The notes beneath the pieces are model-generated. The model had not been told where the DNA came from. It did not search any database and saw only the letters and a program-made list of their open reading frames with translations. The position numbers and the translations under genes were made by a program. Source: Pelagomonas calceolata (Eukaryota). From it: a DNA stretch of 64,000 nucleotides. Within the stretch, counting starts at the first letter, position 1, and each line of letters opens with the position of its first letter. The stretch lies in NCBI GenBank assembly GCA_918797485.1, contig CAKKNE010000001.1:1612001-1676000 (forward strand), in the 5' to 3' direction. Below, piece by piece: positions 39,477 to 49,693 of this stretch.

Positions 39477-41249
39477 ATGGCGACGTGGGGCAGGGCAGCC
39501 ATGGCGTACATCCGGGGCAGCCCTCAGGAGCCCCGGTCCTCGGAGGAGGCCTCGGAGGAGGAGGCCGAGTCCGACGAGGCCCTGGCGCGGCGCCTCCAGG
39601 CCGAGGAGCAGGGGCGACCAGTGGCGAGATTTAAGCTGCTGGACCGCGTCGAGGCGCGGTACAAGGACCCGGAGCTCCGCGGCGGCACGTGGTCGCGGGA
39701 GTACTACGCCGCGACCGTCGTCGACGTGCTCCCGCCAAAGACCCAGAAGCGGCCGCACTCGTATTTAATAAAATGGGACGACGGGTCCGAGGACCAGCTC
39801 GTGCTCGAGGACTACGTGCGCCCTTTGGTGCCCGAGGCGCCCGCCGCCGCGCCTCGGGACCGCGACGGGAAACGCGGGCTTGCGAACGGCCTGCGGACCG
39901 GGGCGCCGCCGCCGAAGAAGCGCGGGCGCCCGTCGAAGAAGGGCGGACGGCCTCCCAAGACCGCCACCGCGACGGAGGCGGCGCCGCCGCCGCCGTCCGA
40001 CGAGGACGCCCCCTGGACGCCCGAGGAGGAACAGCACTTGCAAGAGCTCGTCGACGAGCACGGCGAGGGGGACTGGAGCTGGCCGACGATCGCCGAAGAA
40101 TTGGGGACGGGCCGGGCCAAGGAGGCCGTCGAGGAGCATTATAACAGCATGCTCGAGTGCCAGCGCATCCCTGATGACACGCCGCCACCCGGCGCCGAAC
40201 AAGAGCAGAAGCTGCGCATCAACGCCTCGGGCCGCATCGCGACGCTCGTCCAGAAGAAGCAGCGCGGCTGGCTCGTCGTAAAGCTCGACGAGAACGAGGG
40301 CGAGGACGGCGCCCCGGGCGAGGAGCGGTCCATCCGCACGAATTTCGTGACCCTTCTGGACGCGGCGGGCAACGACGTCGTCCCCACCAAGAAGAAGCGC
40401 CGGCGGCCGACGGCCGCCCCTGGTGCAGCGCCGGCGCCGGCGCCGCGGAAGAGGCGGCCCAAGGACTTTGAAGAGGGCGACCGCGTGACCGTCCTAGAGT
40501 CCGCCGACAGCCACGGCGGGCGCTCTGGTGCGATCGTCGAAAAGAACACAGCCTGGTGGAGAGTCAAGCTGGACGGCGACAACGAAGCCACCAGTATCCG
40601 CAGAAAGGACCTCCGGGCCGCAACGACGCCCGCGCCGGGCGCGCCTGTGCCAGCGCCAGCGCCAGCTGCTGCCGCCCCACCGCCGGCGCCGCCGGCGCCG
40701 TCGCCGCCGGCGCCGTCGCCGCCCGCTGCCACGCCGCCGCCGCCGCCGCCGTCACCGCCGCCGCCCGCTCCGCCGATACCGCCCAACGCGTTCTGGCCAG
40801 GGGGGTGTTTCTACCAGCCGCCGCCGGGAGCGTTCGGGCCCGGACCCGTGCCGCTGGTCGTCGCGCCGGCGCCGGCACCCGACGCGGCTGAAGCCGCCCT
40901 CGCCGCCCTGAACGGGGCCCCGCCGGCATGGGTCCCGCCGCCGCCGCCGGCCGCCGCCGCGCCGGGTCTGCGCCTGGTCGGGGGCAACACGCCGGCGGAG
41001 CTCGCGCAGTTCTTCCGCCGGTCGTTCCCGGGGCGCGCGGCCGACGGCGACAAATTCGAGCGCATCGTGGACGAGTTCCAGCTGCGGCCGGCGGATCTTT
41101 TGCAAATGACCGAAGAACAGTGTCAAACGACGCTCCGCGAGAACGAATTTCCCCTTTTAGTCGTCTTCACGCTCCAGCGGCGCCTCCGGGAGGCCTACCT
41201 CGGGCCGCACCTCGGACCGCCGCCCGGTGGCGGGGCCCCGGGGGGATAA
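39477..41249 (+). CDS. Multidomain chromatin-type protein: UIM-like, Tudor/Agenet, AT-hooks, Myb/SANT, KOW/Tudor-like barrels, C-terminal helical domain
   Basis: SDEALARRLQAEE; DRVEARY..YYAATV..IKWDDG; KKRGRPSKK; PWTPEEEQHLQELVDEHG..WPTIAEELGTGR; ATLVQKKQRGWLVVKLD. Confidence 0.75.
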   Translation: MATWGRAAMAYIRGSPQEPRSSEEASEEEAESDEALARRLQAEEQGRPVARFKLLDRVEARYKDPELRGGTWSREYYAATVVDVLPPKTQKRPHSYLIKWDDGSEDQLVLEDYVRPLVPEAPAAAPRDRDGKRGLANGLRTGAPPPKKRGRPSKKGGRPPKTATATEAAPPPPSDEDAPWTPEEEQHLQELVDEHGEGDWSWPTIAEELGTGRAKEAVEEHYNSMLECQRIPDDTPPPGAEQEQKLRINASGRIATLVQKKQRGWLVVKLDENEGEDGAPGEERSIRTNFVTLLDAAGNDVVPTKKKRRRPTAAPGAAPAPAPRKRRPKDFEEGDRVTVLESADSHGGRSGAIVEKNTAWWRVKLDGDNEATSIRRKDLRAATTPAPGAPVPAPAPAAAAPPPAPPAPSPPAPSPPAATPPPPPPSPPPPAPPIPPNAFWPGGCFYQPPPGAFGPGPVPLVVAPAPAPDAAEAALAALNGAPPAWVPPPPPAAAAPGLRLVGGNTPAELAQFFRRSFPGRAADGDKFERIVDEFQLRPADLLQMTEEQCQTTLRENEFPLLVVFTLQRRLREAYLGPHLGPPPGGGAPGG

Positions 41250-41624
41250 GCTCAACTGTTCCTTGCACCTAGAGTCTCGTTGCGGTTCTCTAGGAAGTTG
41301 CCATTGCGCACTAGGACTAGTATGCGGTATCCCTGCGGTTCAGATATCGGTTAGGACGAATTGCATCGTGCGGGTGCACTACCTCTAAAAACTGAGCGCG
41401 CTTGACGTTCATACCATTTCCTACCCCGCTGCGACTCGCGGTACAGGGAGGTTTATATATATACTTCCCGTAACCTCAGCGCAGGGCCTGAGCAGCTTTT
41501 TTTTGCGAAAACGCTGCTTCGCGCTCGTTAAACAAGCTATTTAGCAGGAGTACTGGAAAAGTACCCCAAGGTACCCCTACTTGCTTTGAGCTAGGCCGCC
41601 TAGCCACCAGCCGCCGCCTCTAAC

Positions 41625-42662
41625 ATGCCGCCCAAAAAGGAAAAGGGCAAGAAGCGCAAAGAGCTGCCGACGGCCTTCTTGCCGGACACGCCCGCGTGGC
41701 CCACGTCCGAGGGGACGCAACCCCCGGCGCCGCGGCCGGCGGCGCCGCCGCCGCCGCCGCGGAACAGCGGCGCGCCGATCCTCGTGCGGACGGCCGGGGG
41801 CAGGACCGCCACGGTCATCGAAAAGAAGCAGCGCGGCTGGTTCGTCTGCGACCTCGACGGCAACGCGAACGAGGAGGGCAAGGCGCACGAGCGCAAGACG
41901 CTGCGCCGGCCGCACGGCTTCGCGCCGGGCCAGGACCACCTGCTCGACAGCGCGCCGCAGGCGCCGATCGTGCCCAAGCCCAAGGGCGAGGGCCCGCGGA
42001 AGAAGAAGCCCAAGTCGCAGGCCGGGCCCGGGCCCGTGCCGCCGGGCGCCGTGCGCGCGCGGACGGCGGGCGGTAGGGTCGCGACGGTGCTCTACCGCAA
42101 GCAGCGCGGCTGGTTCGCCGTCGAGCTCGATGGAGACGAGAACGACGAGGGCGGCGCGTACGAGCGGAAGACGCTCCGGCGGCCCATGTTCGCGCCGGGC
42201 CAGGACGAGCTGCTGAACAGCGCGCCGCCGGACCCGAACCCGGCCGAGCCCAAGCCCAAGGACCCGGCGGCGCCGAAGAAGAGCCCCGCGAAGGCGGCGG
42301 CCGCCGCGCCGGCCGACAAAGCGGCCAAGAAGCCGTCGTCGAAGCCCTCGGTCCGCAAGCCGTCGTCGGCGCGGCCCCTCTCGTCGTCCTCCGTGCCGGT
42401 CGCGGCGGTCATCCCGGCGGACACGCCGCAGGGCCTCGCGGCGTGCTTCGCCGCCTTCTACCCCGGAAGCAAGGCCGAGGACAAGGCCAAGTTCCAGCAG
42501 TTCGTGCTCGACAACACGCTCTGCCCGCGCCACGTGCTCAACATGCCCGTGGAGAAGTGCGAGTCCATGCTCCAGCAGCACGGCTTCGAGGGCGTCGTCG
42601 TCTTCACGTTCCAGAGCCGCCTGCGCGAGGTGTGCCTGCCCGCCGCGGCCCGCGGCGCGTGA
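41625..42662 (+). CDS. Partial paralog of the upstream chromatin-type protein: two KKQRGW barrel repeats plus the shared C-terminal domain
   Basis: Two ~85-aa internal repeats (RTAGGRxATV..KQRGWF..LDG..ERKTLRRP..APGQD); the C-terminus TPQGLA..VVVFTFQSRLRE aligns with TPAELA..LVVFTLQRRLRE. Confidence 0.75.
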   Translation: MPPKKEKGKKRKELPTAFLPDTPAWPTSEGTQPPAPRPAAPPPPPRNSGAPILVRTAGGRTATVIEKKQRGWFVCDLDGNANEEGKAHERKTLRRPHGFAPGQDHLLDSAPQAPIVPKPKGEGPRKKKPKSQAGPGPVPPGAVRARTAGGRVATVLYRKQRGWFAVELDGDENDEGGAYERKTLRRPMFAPGQDELLNSAPPDPNPAEPKPKDPAAPKKSPAKAAAAAPADKAAKKPSSKPSVRKPSSARPLSSSSVPVAAVIPADTPQGLAACFAAFYPGSKAEDKAKFQQFVLDNTLCPRHVLNMPVEKCESMLQQHGFEGVVVFTFQSRLREVCLPAAARGA

Positions 42663-42792
42663 TCCCCTTCTTCCCCCCCTTAAGCAGCTGCTTATTTACA
42701 GAGATCCCGCGCGTCGATGGCGTCCCCACCGGCACGCCGTCGCCGCGACAAGTCGAGACTAAGGATCCGCCCTCGAACATTACACAGCGCCC

Positions 42793-43215
42793 CTAGAACC
42801 CGTCCGGCCCGATGAACGACCCGACGCGCAGCATCGTGAAGATCTGGTCGGGGATGGACTGGCCCGTCCAGAACTCCGTCAACAACCCGACGACGAGGAA
42901 GAACATGGCCGTGCGCCCGTTGATGATCTCCGCCTCCTCCGAGAATCCCGTCATCCGACTGGCCTCCCAGGACCGGAACTCCTTGCGCCGGTCCCAGCTG
43001 GCCGCGAGCTTGTCGAGGGCCGTCGACTGCTTGGCGAGCGTGATGTCGTCTATTACAGCCTTGCCGGGGGCGGTCGACGCGGGCGCGGGCGGCGCGGCGG
43101 GCGCGGCGGGCTCGGCGTCGGCGGCCGTGCTGGCTAGTCGTCGTGGTGTGTGCCTCACCGGCGCGACGAGCGCGTTGGCGCTCAGTGCGAGTGCGATGAC
43201 AGCGGCAGCGCGCAT
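42793..43215 (-). CDS. One-helix light-harvesting-like protein (OHP2/HLIP family), plastid-targeted
   Basis: Signal peptide; chlorophyll-binding motif GFSEEAEIINGRTAM followed by a TM helix and TGQSIPDQI. Confidence 0.88.
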   Translation of the reverse strand: MRAAAVIALALSANALVAPVRHTPRRLASTAADAEPAAPAAPPAPASTAPGKAVIDDITLAKQSTALDKLAASWDRRKEFRSWEASRMTGFSEEAEIINGRTAMFFLVVGLLTEFWTGQSIPDQIFTMLRVGSFIGPDGF

Positions 43216-43711
43216 CGTCGGTGTGGTGGTGCTGTGTCTGTCGCTGACGACGGCCCGAAGGTCAGATCTGGAGCCACGCTCGTTCCGAAGAGGGATGCGT
43301 GGATGCTCTTGCACGATTACGTGACAAATTCGCTCGTTCTATGGGTGTTTATCGAGCTGCACACGACCGTCAGCCAAGTTGACTCATTCTAGTATGTCAA
43401 CGCTAGCGCGAAATTTTTGCACGCGTCTGCCGCCGACCGAAGGCGTCGCCGACGCGTCCGCGACGGGTCGAAGCGTGCGCTCGCCTCCTAGATCCGATTC
43501 CTTCATCAGGGCAAATCGACCATATCGAGGAGAGGACGCCGTCCGCGCGCCGGGACGCACCGCTGTAACGCGTTGGAACGACGCGTTCCGAGCATCTCTC
43601 CGAGCCGCTGTCGCAGGCACCAGCGCTGCGGCAGGGCCAAGAGCTTGGGCAGACAGAGATCCAGCCTCCTGTTCCCGCCGCGCGCGACCGTCCGGCGTAC
43701 GCAAGAACCAG

Positions 43712-44397
43712 ATGAAGCGCGGCTCCGAGGAAGGCGACGAGGACAAGGAGGCGAAGAAACCCAAGGAGATGGCGGCACCCGCACCCGCGCCGGCGCCCTC
43801 ACCAGAGAAGGAGGCCGAGGCCCCGGTGTGTAACGTGGGCAACCTCCTCGAGATCTGCGACCAGGACGTCGACTTCGCCGTCGAATTGGTCGGCGAGGGC
43901 GGCCAGGAGATGACGGGCCACGCGGCCAAGGCCGTGTCCAGAGCCACGTCCATGGACGACGCGTGGTTGAGAGCTGTGAGGAAATCAGACTTTGAGCGCC
44001 TTCAATTTTTGGTGTGTCGTGGTTTGCGTGAGGTGCTGCTCTCTGGATACGGTCGCGTGTATCTCTCGGAGATCGTGTCCGAGTTTGAGCTGAAAACATG
44101 GCCGCGGTGCCGAGACTCACTGGTTGATTTCCACACAGGCTCACGGCGATCAAGACGCACGCGCACTCCATCAAGGGCGTCGCCGGGAACCTGGGCATGG
44201 AGCGGCTACGGGCCCACGCGGCGGCGACGGAGTCCTGGGCGCGCACGACGGCGGCCGAGGTGGATAGGAAGCCTGAAGATGGACCTCTGGCCCTCGAGAA
44301 GTCGCAGCGCCTCGTGGAGCTCGTGGCGGAAGTGGTGGAGTGGGGCAAGTCATCTAGGGCGACGATCGAGGCGCACGCGAGGGCCAATCCCGTGTGA
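43712..44397 (+). CDS. Stand-alone histidine phosphotransfer (HPt) protein (2 exons: 43712-43965, 44139-44397)
   Basis: Splicing 43966-44138 gives DDAWLTAIKTHAHSIKGVAGNLGMERL, matching the HPt consensus AHxLKGxxxxLG. Confidence 0.8.
43966..44138 (+). mobile_element. Introner-like intron, family A
   Basis: GT exactly 8 bp before the inverted end ctgtgaggaaatca (43974); other end tgatttccacacag (to 44138); 3' 21 nt identical to the 53591 element. Confidence 0.75.
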
Positions 44398-45139
44398 AGT
44401 GGTGGAGAGGGTGGTGCCACACCCGGAGCAAAAACGGCATGAAGCCCGCCGGCGTTTCGTGTGCCATTTTAAATATTAGTAGTACTCTCGCCTACGGGAC
44501 GGGCTCGTCCCCCCCTCGGCGCCATCGAAGCGACCCGTGCTCTACGAGGCGCCGGCGCCGCGCCCAGGGCATCACTTCGGAGTAACGCCGTGGAGCTCGT
44601 GGCGCGACGGAGCTCCGGCCTTGACGCGGACGTCGTCGGGGCCCTTGCGAGTTTCCATCTTCTCGCCGCCCTCCTTCCACCGCACGTGCCAGGGCTTCGC
44701 GGCGCCCTTGATACCGTTGGGGTCGTAGAGGCACCACAAGACGACGCGCTCGCCGGGCCGCGGCTCGGCGTGCTGCTGATTCTGAGCAAGGGGCGGGCAC
44801 CACTTTCCTGCCATGAAGACTTCACGGTCGTAGTACCTCACGCCATCGACCGGTTCCGACGACTCCGCCGCTTGCAAGTAATGGTGGGGGGCGATGAAGC
44901 CGTCGGGCCCGGCCGGCGGCCTACGCCCCGTCCCTGCCCGACCCCGCGTTCTGGCTCGTTATGGAGTACTGGCGGCTGGGGGATTGGCGGCGGCCCGCTG
45001 GGAACCAGAGTACCCGCTAATCGCGAAAAGGGGGGCATATGCATGCTAAGTCTGACTACTACTCTCCCCGTTCGCGGTCGCTGTACTTTCTATAGAGGCA
45101 GCACGACGTCGACGCGAAACAAGAAACGAAACAGGAACA

Positions 45140-45955
45140 TTACGAGGAAGAAGCCTCCGCCTCCAACCGACCAAGCAACCCGTCGAGCGCCGCCCGCGAC
45201 GGCGCGTACGCGAGGACGGCGATGCCGAAATTCTCCGGCGGCGGCGGCGGCTCCGCGAGTACGACGCGCTCCATGTCGTAGTCCAGCGCACGAGTCAAAT
45301 CCGCGGGCAACGCCTCGAGCAGCGCCCGCATCGCCGGCCGCTTGCGCTCGCCCACGATGAGCGCGACGCCGTCATCGGCCACGTGCGCGAGGGTCGCCCT
45401 CACCAGATCCGGCACGACGGACGCCTCGTAGGCCACGTCGGCGCCGATCACGCAGTCGAATTTCTCTCCCAAAAAGGTGTCTTCATCGCACCAGTCGAGC
45501 TGATACGCATCACCCGTGCTCGAGAGCATCTCCACGAGCTCGTCGTCCATGTCCGTGCACACGACGCGTTTGGCGCCCGCCTGCGCCGCCGCGGCGCCGC
45601 CGAGGCCCAGGCCGGACCCGAGCTCGAGCACGCTCCTTCCTTCTACAAATTTATCGACGAGGCCGGCGAGGGCCAGGGACGAGGGCCAGAGCGCCGCGCC
45701 GAGCGACGCCGCCCAGGTCGCCTCGACGCGCTGGAAGCGCAGCTCGGCCCTCCCGTCGACGCTCACCGCGAAGCCGTCGTCTCCCTTTTGTTTGATCGTC
45801 GCTATTTTTCGGTGCGGCGGCCGCGCTTCGGCGAGCGTCGAGACGCGCTCGGGCGCGGACGGCGGGGCGAGGTCGAACCACGGGGAACTACTGAGCGCTG
45901 ACGCGCCGACGGCGTACCAGGCTGTGCAGAGTACTGCAGTGCGACGTTGCATCAT
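45140..45955 (-). CDS. METTL21/family-16 SAM-dependent protein methyltransferase, probably organelle-targeted
   Basis: GAALWPSSLALA, VLELGSGLGLGG, VCTD, LDW, FDCVIGADVAY; N-terminal signal-like sequence. Confidence 0.85.
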   Translation of the reverse strand: MMQRRTAVLCTAWYAVGASALSSSPWFDLAPPSAPERVSTLAEARPPHRKIATIKQKGDDGFAVSVDGRAELRFQRVEATWAASLGAALWPSSLALAGLVDKFVEGRSVLELGSGLGLGGAAAAQAGAKRVVCTDMDDELVEMLSSTGDAYQLDWCDEDTFLGEKFDCVIGADVAYEASVVPDLVRATLAHVADDGVALIVGERKRPAMRALLEALPADLTRALDYDMERVVLAEPPPPPENFGIAVLAYAPSRAALDGLLGRLEAEASSS

Positions 45956-46141
45956 CTTCGCGGCAGAGCAATCCTGCAAGTGCTGCAGAGACTGCAGCCT
46001 CAGTGTTTACGCAGTTTATGGTGCGGCAAAGTACGTGGTCTGCACCAGGGCGCGCAGTGCGATGCAAAAAGCTAGCTCAGTAGCCCTTCTCTTGTGGGTT
46101 TTAGCAGTGGTAGGGCCTGTTTTTGACTGCACTCTGGAATT

Positions 46142-46164
46142 GCTAGTGTCTTACTACCGCTAGC
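46142..46164 (+). promoter_or_regulatory. CTAG-box element
   Basis: gctagtgtcttactaccgctagc between divergent genes. Confidence 0.6.
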
Positions 46165-46349
46165 TAGCCGGCGCCGGCGCTTTTGTTGCTTAGACGCGCC
46201 CGCTGTAGCCGCAGAGCGGTCTCACAGCATCATATCACTGCCAGCGCAGCGCGTCGCCGCCGCGGATCGCTTTTCTTGGCACGCCCGCGCCCCGCTGGCC
46301 TGTAGTCCAGCCTCGCCTCAGCAGCCCGCGACGCGGCACCAAAGCAACC

Positions 46350-47159
46350 ATGCCGCCCAAGAAAAGAAAAGCCGAAGCCGAACCGAAAACGGAAGAACCT
46401 TTAATAGACCTGCCGCAAGCCCCCCAGGCGACGGAGGACACGCCGGCCGACCGCGAGATCCCCGGCCTCGATCCGAAGGACCCTTTTTACGTCGAGAAGA
46501 GCCGGTTACTGACGAAGGACACGGTCTTTCTCGGAAGATCGTGTAAGCAGGCTCTGCTCGAGTTCCAGAAGTTCGCGAATGCCGCTTGTCTGCGAAATAA
46601 AAATGCCGATGATGCTCCAGATGAGCAGGAGGTCGAAAGATTGCGTAGTAAAGCTCTCAGGGAATTACGACTCTTCAGTGTGGAGATCAAGAAGCAAAAA
46701 CTGCAGGCCCGGGCTTGTGAAAGAGAAATTGCCGATTGCGAACGCATGGAGGCAGAAACAACAAAGGAGATCGCCGCGGCGGAAGAGCGCATCCAGAAGC
46801 TGCGGGAGCGGCTGAAGGAGGAGCGGGCCGTGCGGGCTCGGAAGGAAGAATACGAGGCCCTCGCGAAGTTGATCAATCAACTACCTTCCAAAAAAGAAAG
46901 TAGGGCGGCGATTGATCGGTTGGAGGCCGACTGTGCCGCTCTCGAAGCGAAGAAGGCCAAGTTGGATGCGATGTATAACGAGAAGTCGGCGCGCGTCGCG
47001 GGCGTCCTGCAGCTGCTGGACGACCTCGAACGAAGCGAGCTGGAGGAGGAGCTCGAGAAGCAGATCGAGGAGGCGCGCGAGCCGAAGGTGGAGGTCGTCG
47101 CCGAGGCCGAAGAGGAGGACGCGATGGACGAGGACGACGACGGGGAGATCAAGGAGTAA
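46350..47159 (+). CDS. THOC7: THO complex subunit 7
   Basis: KSRLL; ERAVRARKEEYEALAKLINQLPSKKES; coiled coil with an acidic tail. Confidence 0.8.
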   Translation: MPPKKRKAEAEPKTEEPLIDLPQAPQATEDTPADREIPGLDPKDPFYVEKSRLLTKDTVFLGRSCKQALLEFQKFANAACLRNKNADDAPDEQEVERLRSKALRELRLFSVEIKKQKLQARACEREIADCERMEAETTKEIAAAEERIQKLRERLKEERAVRARKEEYEALAKLINQLPSKKESRAAIDRLEADCAALEAKKAKLDAMYNEKSARVAGVLQLLDDLERSELEEELEKQIEEAREPKVEVVAEAEEEDAMDEDDDGEIKE

Positions 47160-47551
47160 GTTCCAGTTAGTTAGGTGTCGCGGCGGCGGCGTCGGGGGCA
47201 CGCTTCTTCGCATGCGTGCGAACAGCTGCGGCCCGGGCGGCTTCGCATGCGTGCGAACAGCTGCGTTTCCTCCGCGGCGTAGCCTCGGAGTAGGGGGGCA
47301 GCTCGCGAGACCGCCACGTCTGCGAGGGGTAAGCGTACGCGTCCACGGATCTACAGGGGCCTGCTTCCAGCCTTGCGCGGCGTTAAAAAAAAACTCTTCC
47401 CGTTGATCTAGGCCCTTGCGAAGGCAAAGCGCGCACACACTCCAGGACGACGCGAGGCGGCAGGAAACGAGCTCACGCGGCCGCCACAGCCTCCTTCTGC
47501 TTGCGCGCCGAGTTTCGTGGATAACCGGAGCCGGCAGCTCACAGCGCCACC

Positions 47552-49579
47552 ATGCGCCCTGCTGAACTGCGGTCTCCGAGCGCGCAAGGCGCCGCGCGGC
47601 GCAAGGGCACCTCCTCGCTGTGGCTGAAGCGCAACTGGGTCCTCCTCGCGCTCTTCGCCCTGGCCCTCGCCTCCGCCGGCCTCAGCATCAGACTATTTAT
47701 CGTGCCGTGCGACGAGAAGACCAGCTACGAGACGACGAATATAACTACCGTCGTCAACTTGACGACCTACGAGAACCGCACCGTGCTCGAGAATGTCACC
47801 GTCACGGAAACGGTCTTCCAACTCGAAAATATCACCACGAGCGAAAACGTAACAAGGGAAATTTCATATAATGTTACGACCGAAGTAACGACGACGCACA
47901 ACATTACGACCCAGCAGCCCGTGGACGTGGTCATCGCCCTGGACGCGTCTCATAGTGTCTCGGATACTAGCTGGGCGGCCGAGAACCAGGCCGGTCGCGA
48001 ACTACTGAGGGGGCTCCGCGACTCTTTGACGGGTGACTTACGCGCGGGCGTGGCCGTCTGGGCGAACGACGGCGCCGTGCGGCAGACTCTTACAGAAGTA
48101 GGTGAAGCCACGGTGGACGCCATGGCCGACTTTGCTCGCTTACCGTATTGCGGCGCCGTGCCGGGACCGTACTCCCCAAAAGCCGAGCAGTACTCGCAGG
48201 CCTTCTGCCAGGGCGACCCGCCGGGCGTCCAGGACGCGGACCACGCCTACGACCTGCGCCACGATTCGACGATGGGCCTCATCGGCGTGCACACGTACTA
48301 CGCGCAAGCGCTGCTGAAATGCTTCGAGGAGCTTACCTCTGATGAAGACGCGTTCAAGTTGTGTGTCGTCGTGACTGACGGCCAGATCTCGGAAGATCGG
48401 TACGCGCAGTGCGATGCTGGAATTCGCCGCTCCACGATGACCTACACGTCAGCTATGAGCGGCGACTTCTACGACGCCGGTGCGGAGCTCTACCGAGTCG
48501 ACGGAGATCCGGTCTGTACCGATGGGTTAGCAGACAACCGCTGGATCTCGCCCGCGGCGTTTGAATTCTGCCAGAGCCGTTCGATGACGGAGTGCACCGT
48601 CGATTCGATAACACAAGCCCTCAAAGCGAACGGCATCAAGGTTCTGAATGTTCTCGTGAGCGAGACCGAAGACCAGTCCTCGTACGAGCCGCGCATGAGT
48701 GAACTATCGTCGTGCGACTCGACGATGCTAGATCCGGATTGCCCGTACCTCCAGGCCCAGGCGGACTTCGCGTCGCTGGCGCTGGCGGCGTCGAACATCG
48801 CCGAGGACGTCGCCGTGCTCGTGGAGACGGTCACGACCACAGTGGAGGAGACGACCGAAGTGACCGAGGAAGTGACCGAGGTCCAGACGTCGCAGGAGGA
48901 AGTGACGCGCGAGGTCGAGGTCGAGTCCATCGAGACGCGCACGTCCGAGGAGCTAGTTACGAAAATCGAAAAAAGCACGGAGCCGACCGAGGTGACGGAA
49001 TCCAATGTCACCCAGAAAACGATCTGCACCGGAAGCCCCATCTCCTTCACGCTGCTGGTCTTGTGTCTGCCGTTCCTGGTGTACCTCTTCCTCAAGCCGT
49101 TGTTGAATTGCCTCGAGAACTGCTGCTGCCCGCGCTCTTCGGAGGACGCGGAGCCGCTGGTCATGCACGCGAACCCCGCGTTCGGTCTGGATCTGGAGGC
49201 CTCGCAAGCGCGCGCGGCCGCGCGGGCGCCGCGGCGCCGGTCGACCATCGACAAGATGTTGATGCGGGCGCGCCACCTGCGGAAGAAGAAGAACGTCGGA
49301 GACGCCGATCCCGCGGCGGCGCCGGCGCCGCTCCGGACGGCGGCGCCCGTGACCACCGAGCAACCGACGCGCCGCCGGTCCGCCGTGGCCGCGCTCGCGC
49401 GCGACGCCGAGACGGAGTGGGCGTCGGGCGTCGCCGCCGTGTATGATGGAGACGACTGGCAGGAGTCCGTGGCCGACTTCTTCATCGGGTTGGTGTTCTG
49501 CCGGTTCTGCCGATCGAGCGCGGAGCCCGCCGAGGGAAAGAACCCGTTCGAGGAGGAGAGCAAGGAGGACATCTTCTAG
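47552..49579 (+). CDS. Two-TM surface protein with VWA domain on a Thr/Val/Glu-rich stalk (paralog A, intronless)
   Basis: N-terminal TM; many N-x-T sequons; MIDAS DVVIALDASHS and VVVTDG; second TM; cytoplasmic tail. Confidence 0.85.
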   Translation: MRPAELRSPSAQGAARRKGTSSLWLKRNWVLLALFALALASAGLSIRLFIVPCDEKTSYETTNITTVVNLTTYENRTVLENVTVTETVFQLENITTSENVTREISYNVTTEVTTTHNITTQQPVDVVIALDASHSVSDTSWAAENQAGRELLRGLRDSLTGDLRAGVAVWANDGAVRQTLTEVGEATVDAMADFARLPYCGAVPGPYSPKAEQYSQAFCQGDPPGVQDADHAYDLRHDSTMGLIGVHTYYAQALLKCFEELTSDEDAFKLCVVVTDGQISEDRYAQCDAGIRRSTMTYTSAMSGDFYDAGAELYRVDGDPVCTDGLADNRWISPAAFEFCQSRSMTECTVDSITQALKANGIKVLNVLVSETEDQSSYEPRMSELSSCDSTMLDPDCPYLQAQADFASLALAASNIAEDVAVLVETVTTTVEETTEVTEEVTEVQTSQEEVTREVEVESIETRTSEELVTKIEKSTEPTEVTESNVTQKTICTGSPISFTLLVLCLPFLVYLFLKPLLNCLENCCCPRSSEDAEPLVMHANPAFGLDLEASQARAAARAPRRRSTIDKMLMRARHLRKKKNVGDADPAAAPAPLRTAAPVTTEQPTRRRSAVAALARDAETEWASGVAAVYDGDDWQESVADFFIGLVFCRFCRSSAEPAEGKNPFEEESKEDIF

Positions 49580-49693
49580 TTGGACGCCTCTCCCCGCCCC
49601 CCTCCCTGTGTAACTATCGAGATCCCAAACACAGTATTCGTTCTTTACACTTCATGCGGCGGGCAGGTGCGAGGGCGAGCGAGGGGCGTCGAT

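Noticed and set aside
4232..44397. CheR and HPt as a bacterial chemotaxis operon or contamination
   Set aside because: They are 38 kb apart, both contain spliceosomal introns, and are embedded among eukaryotic genes.
43379..44479. 366-aa ORF
   Set aside because: Reads through the promoter and the unspliced intron of the HPt gene; only the part from 43712 to 43965 is real coding sequence.
44572..44877. Short minus-strand ORF (DGVRYYDREVFMAGKWC...)
   Set aside because: Protein-like but with no recognisable domain, start or supported splice structure; it could be a gene fragment, but I cannot support a call.
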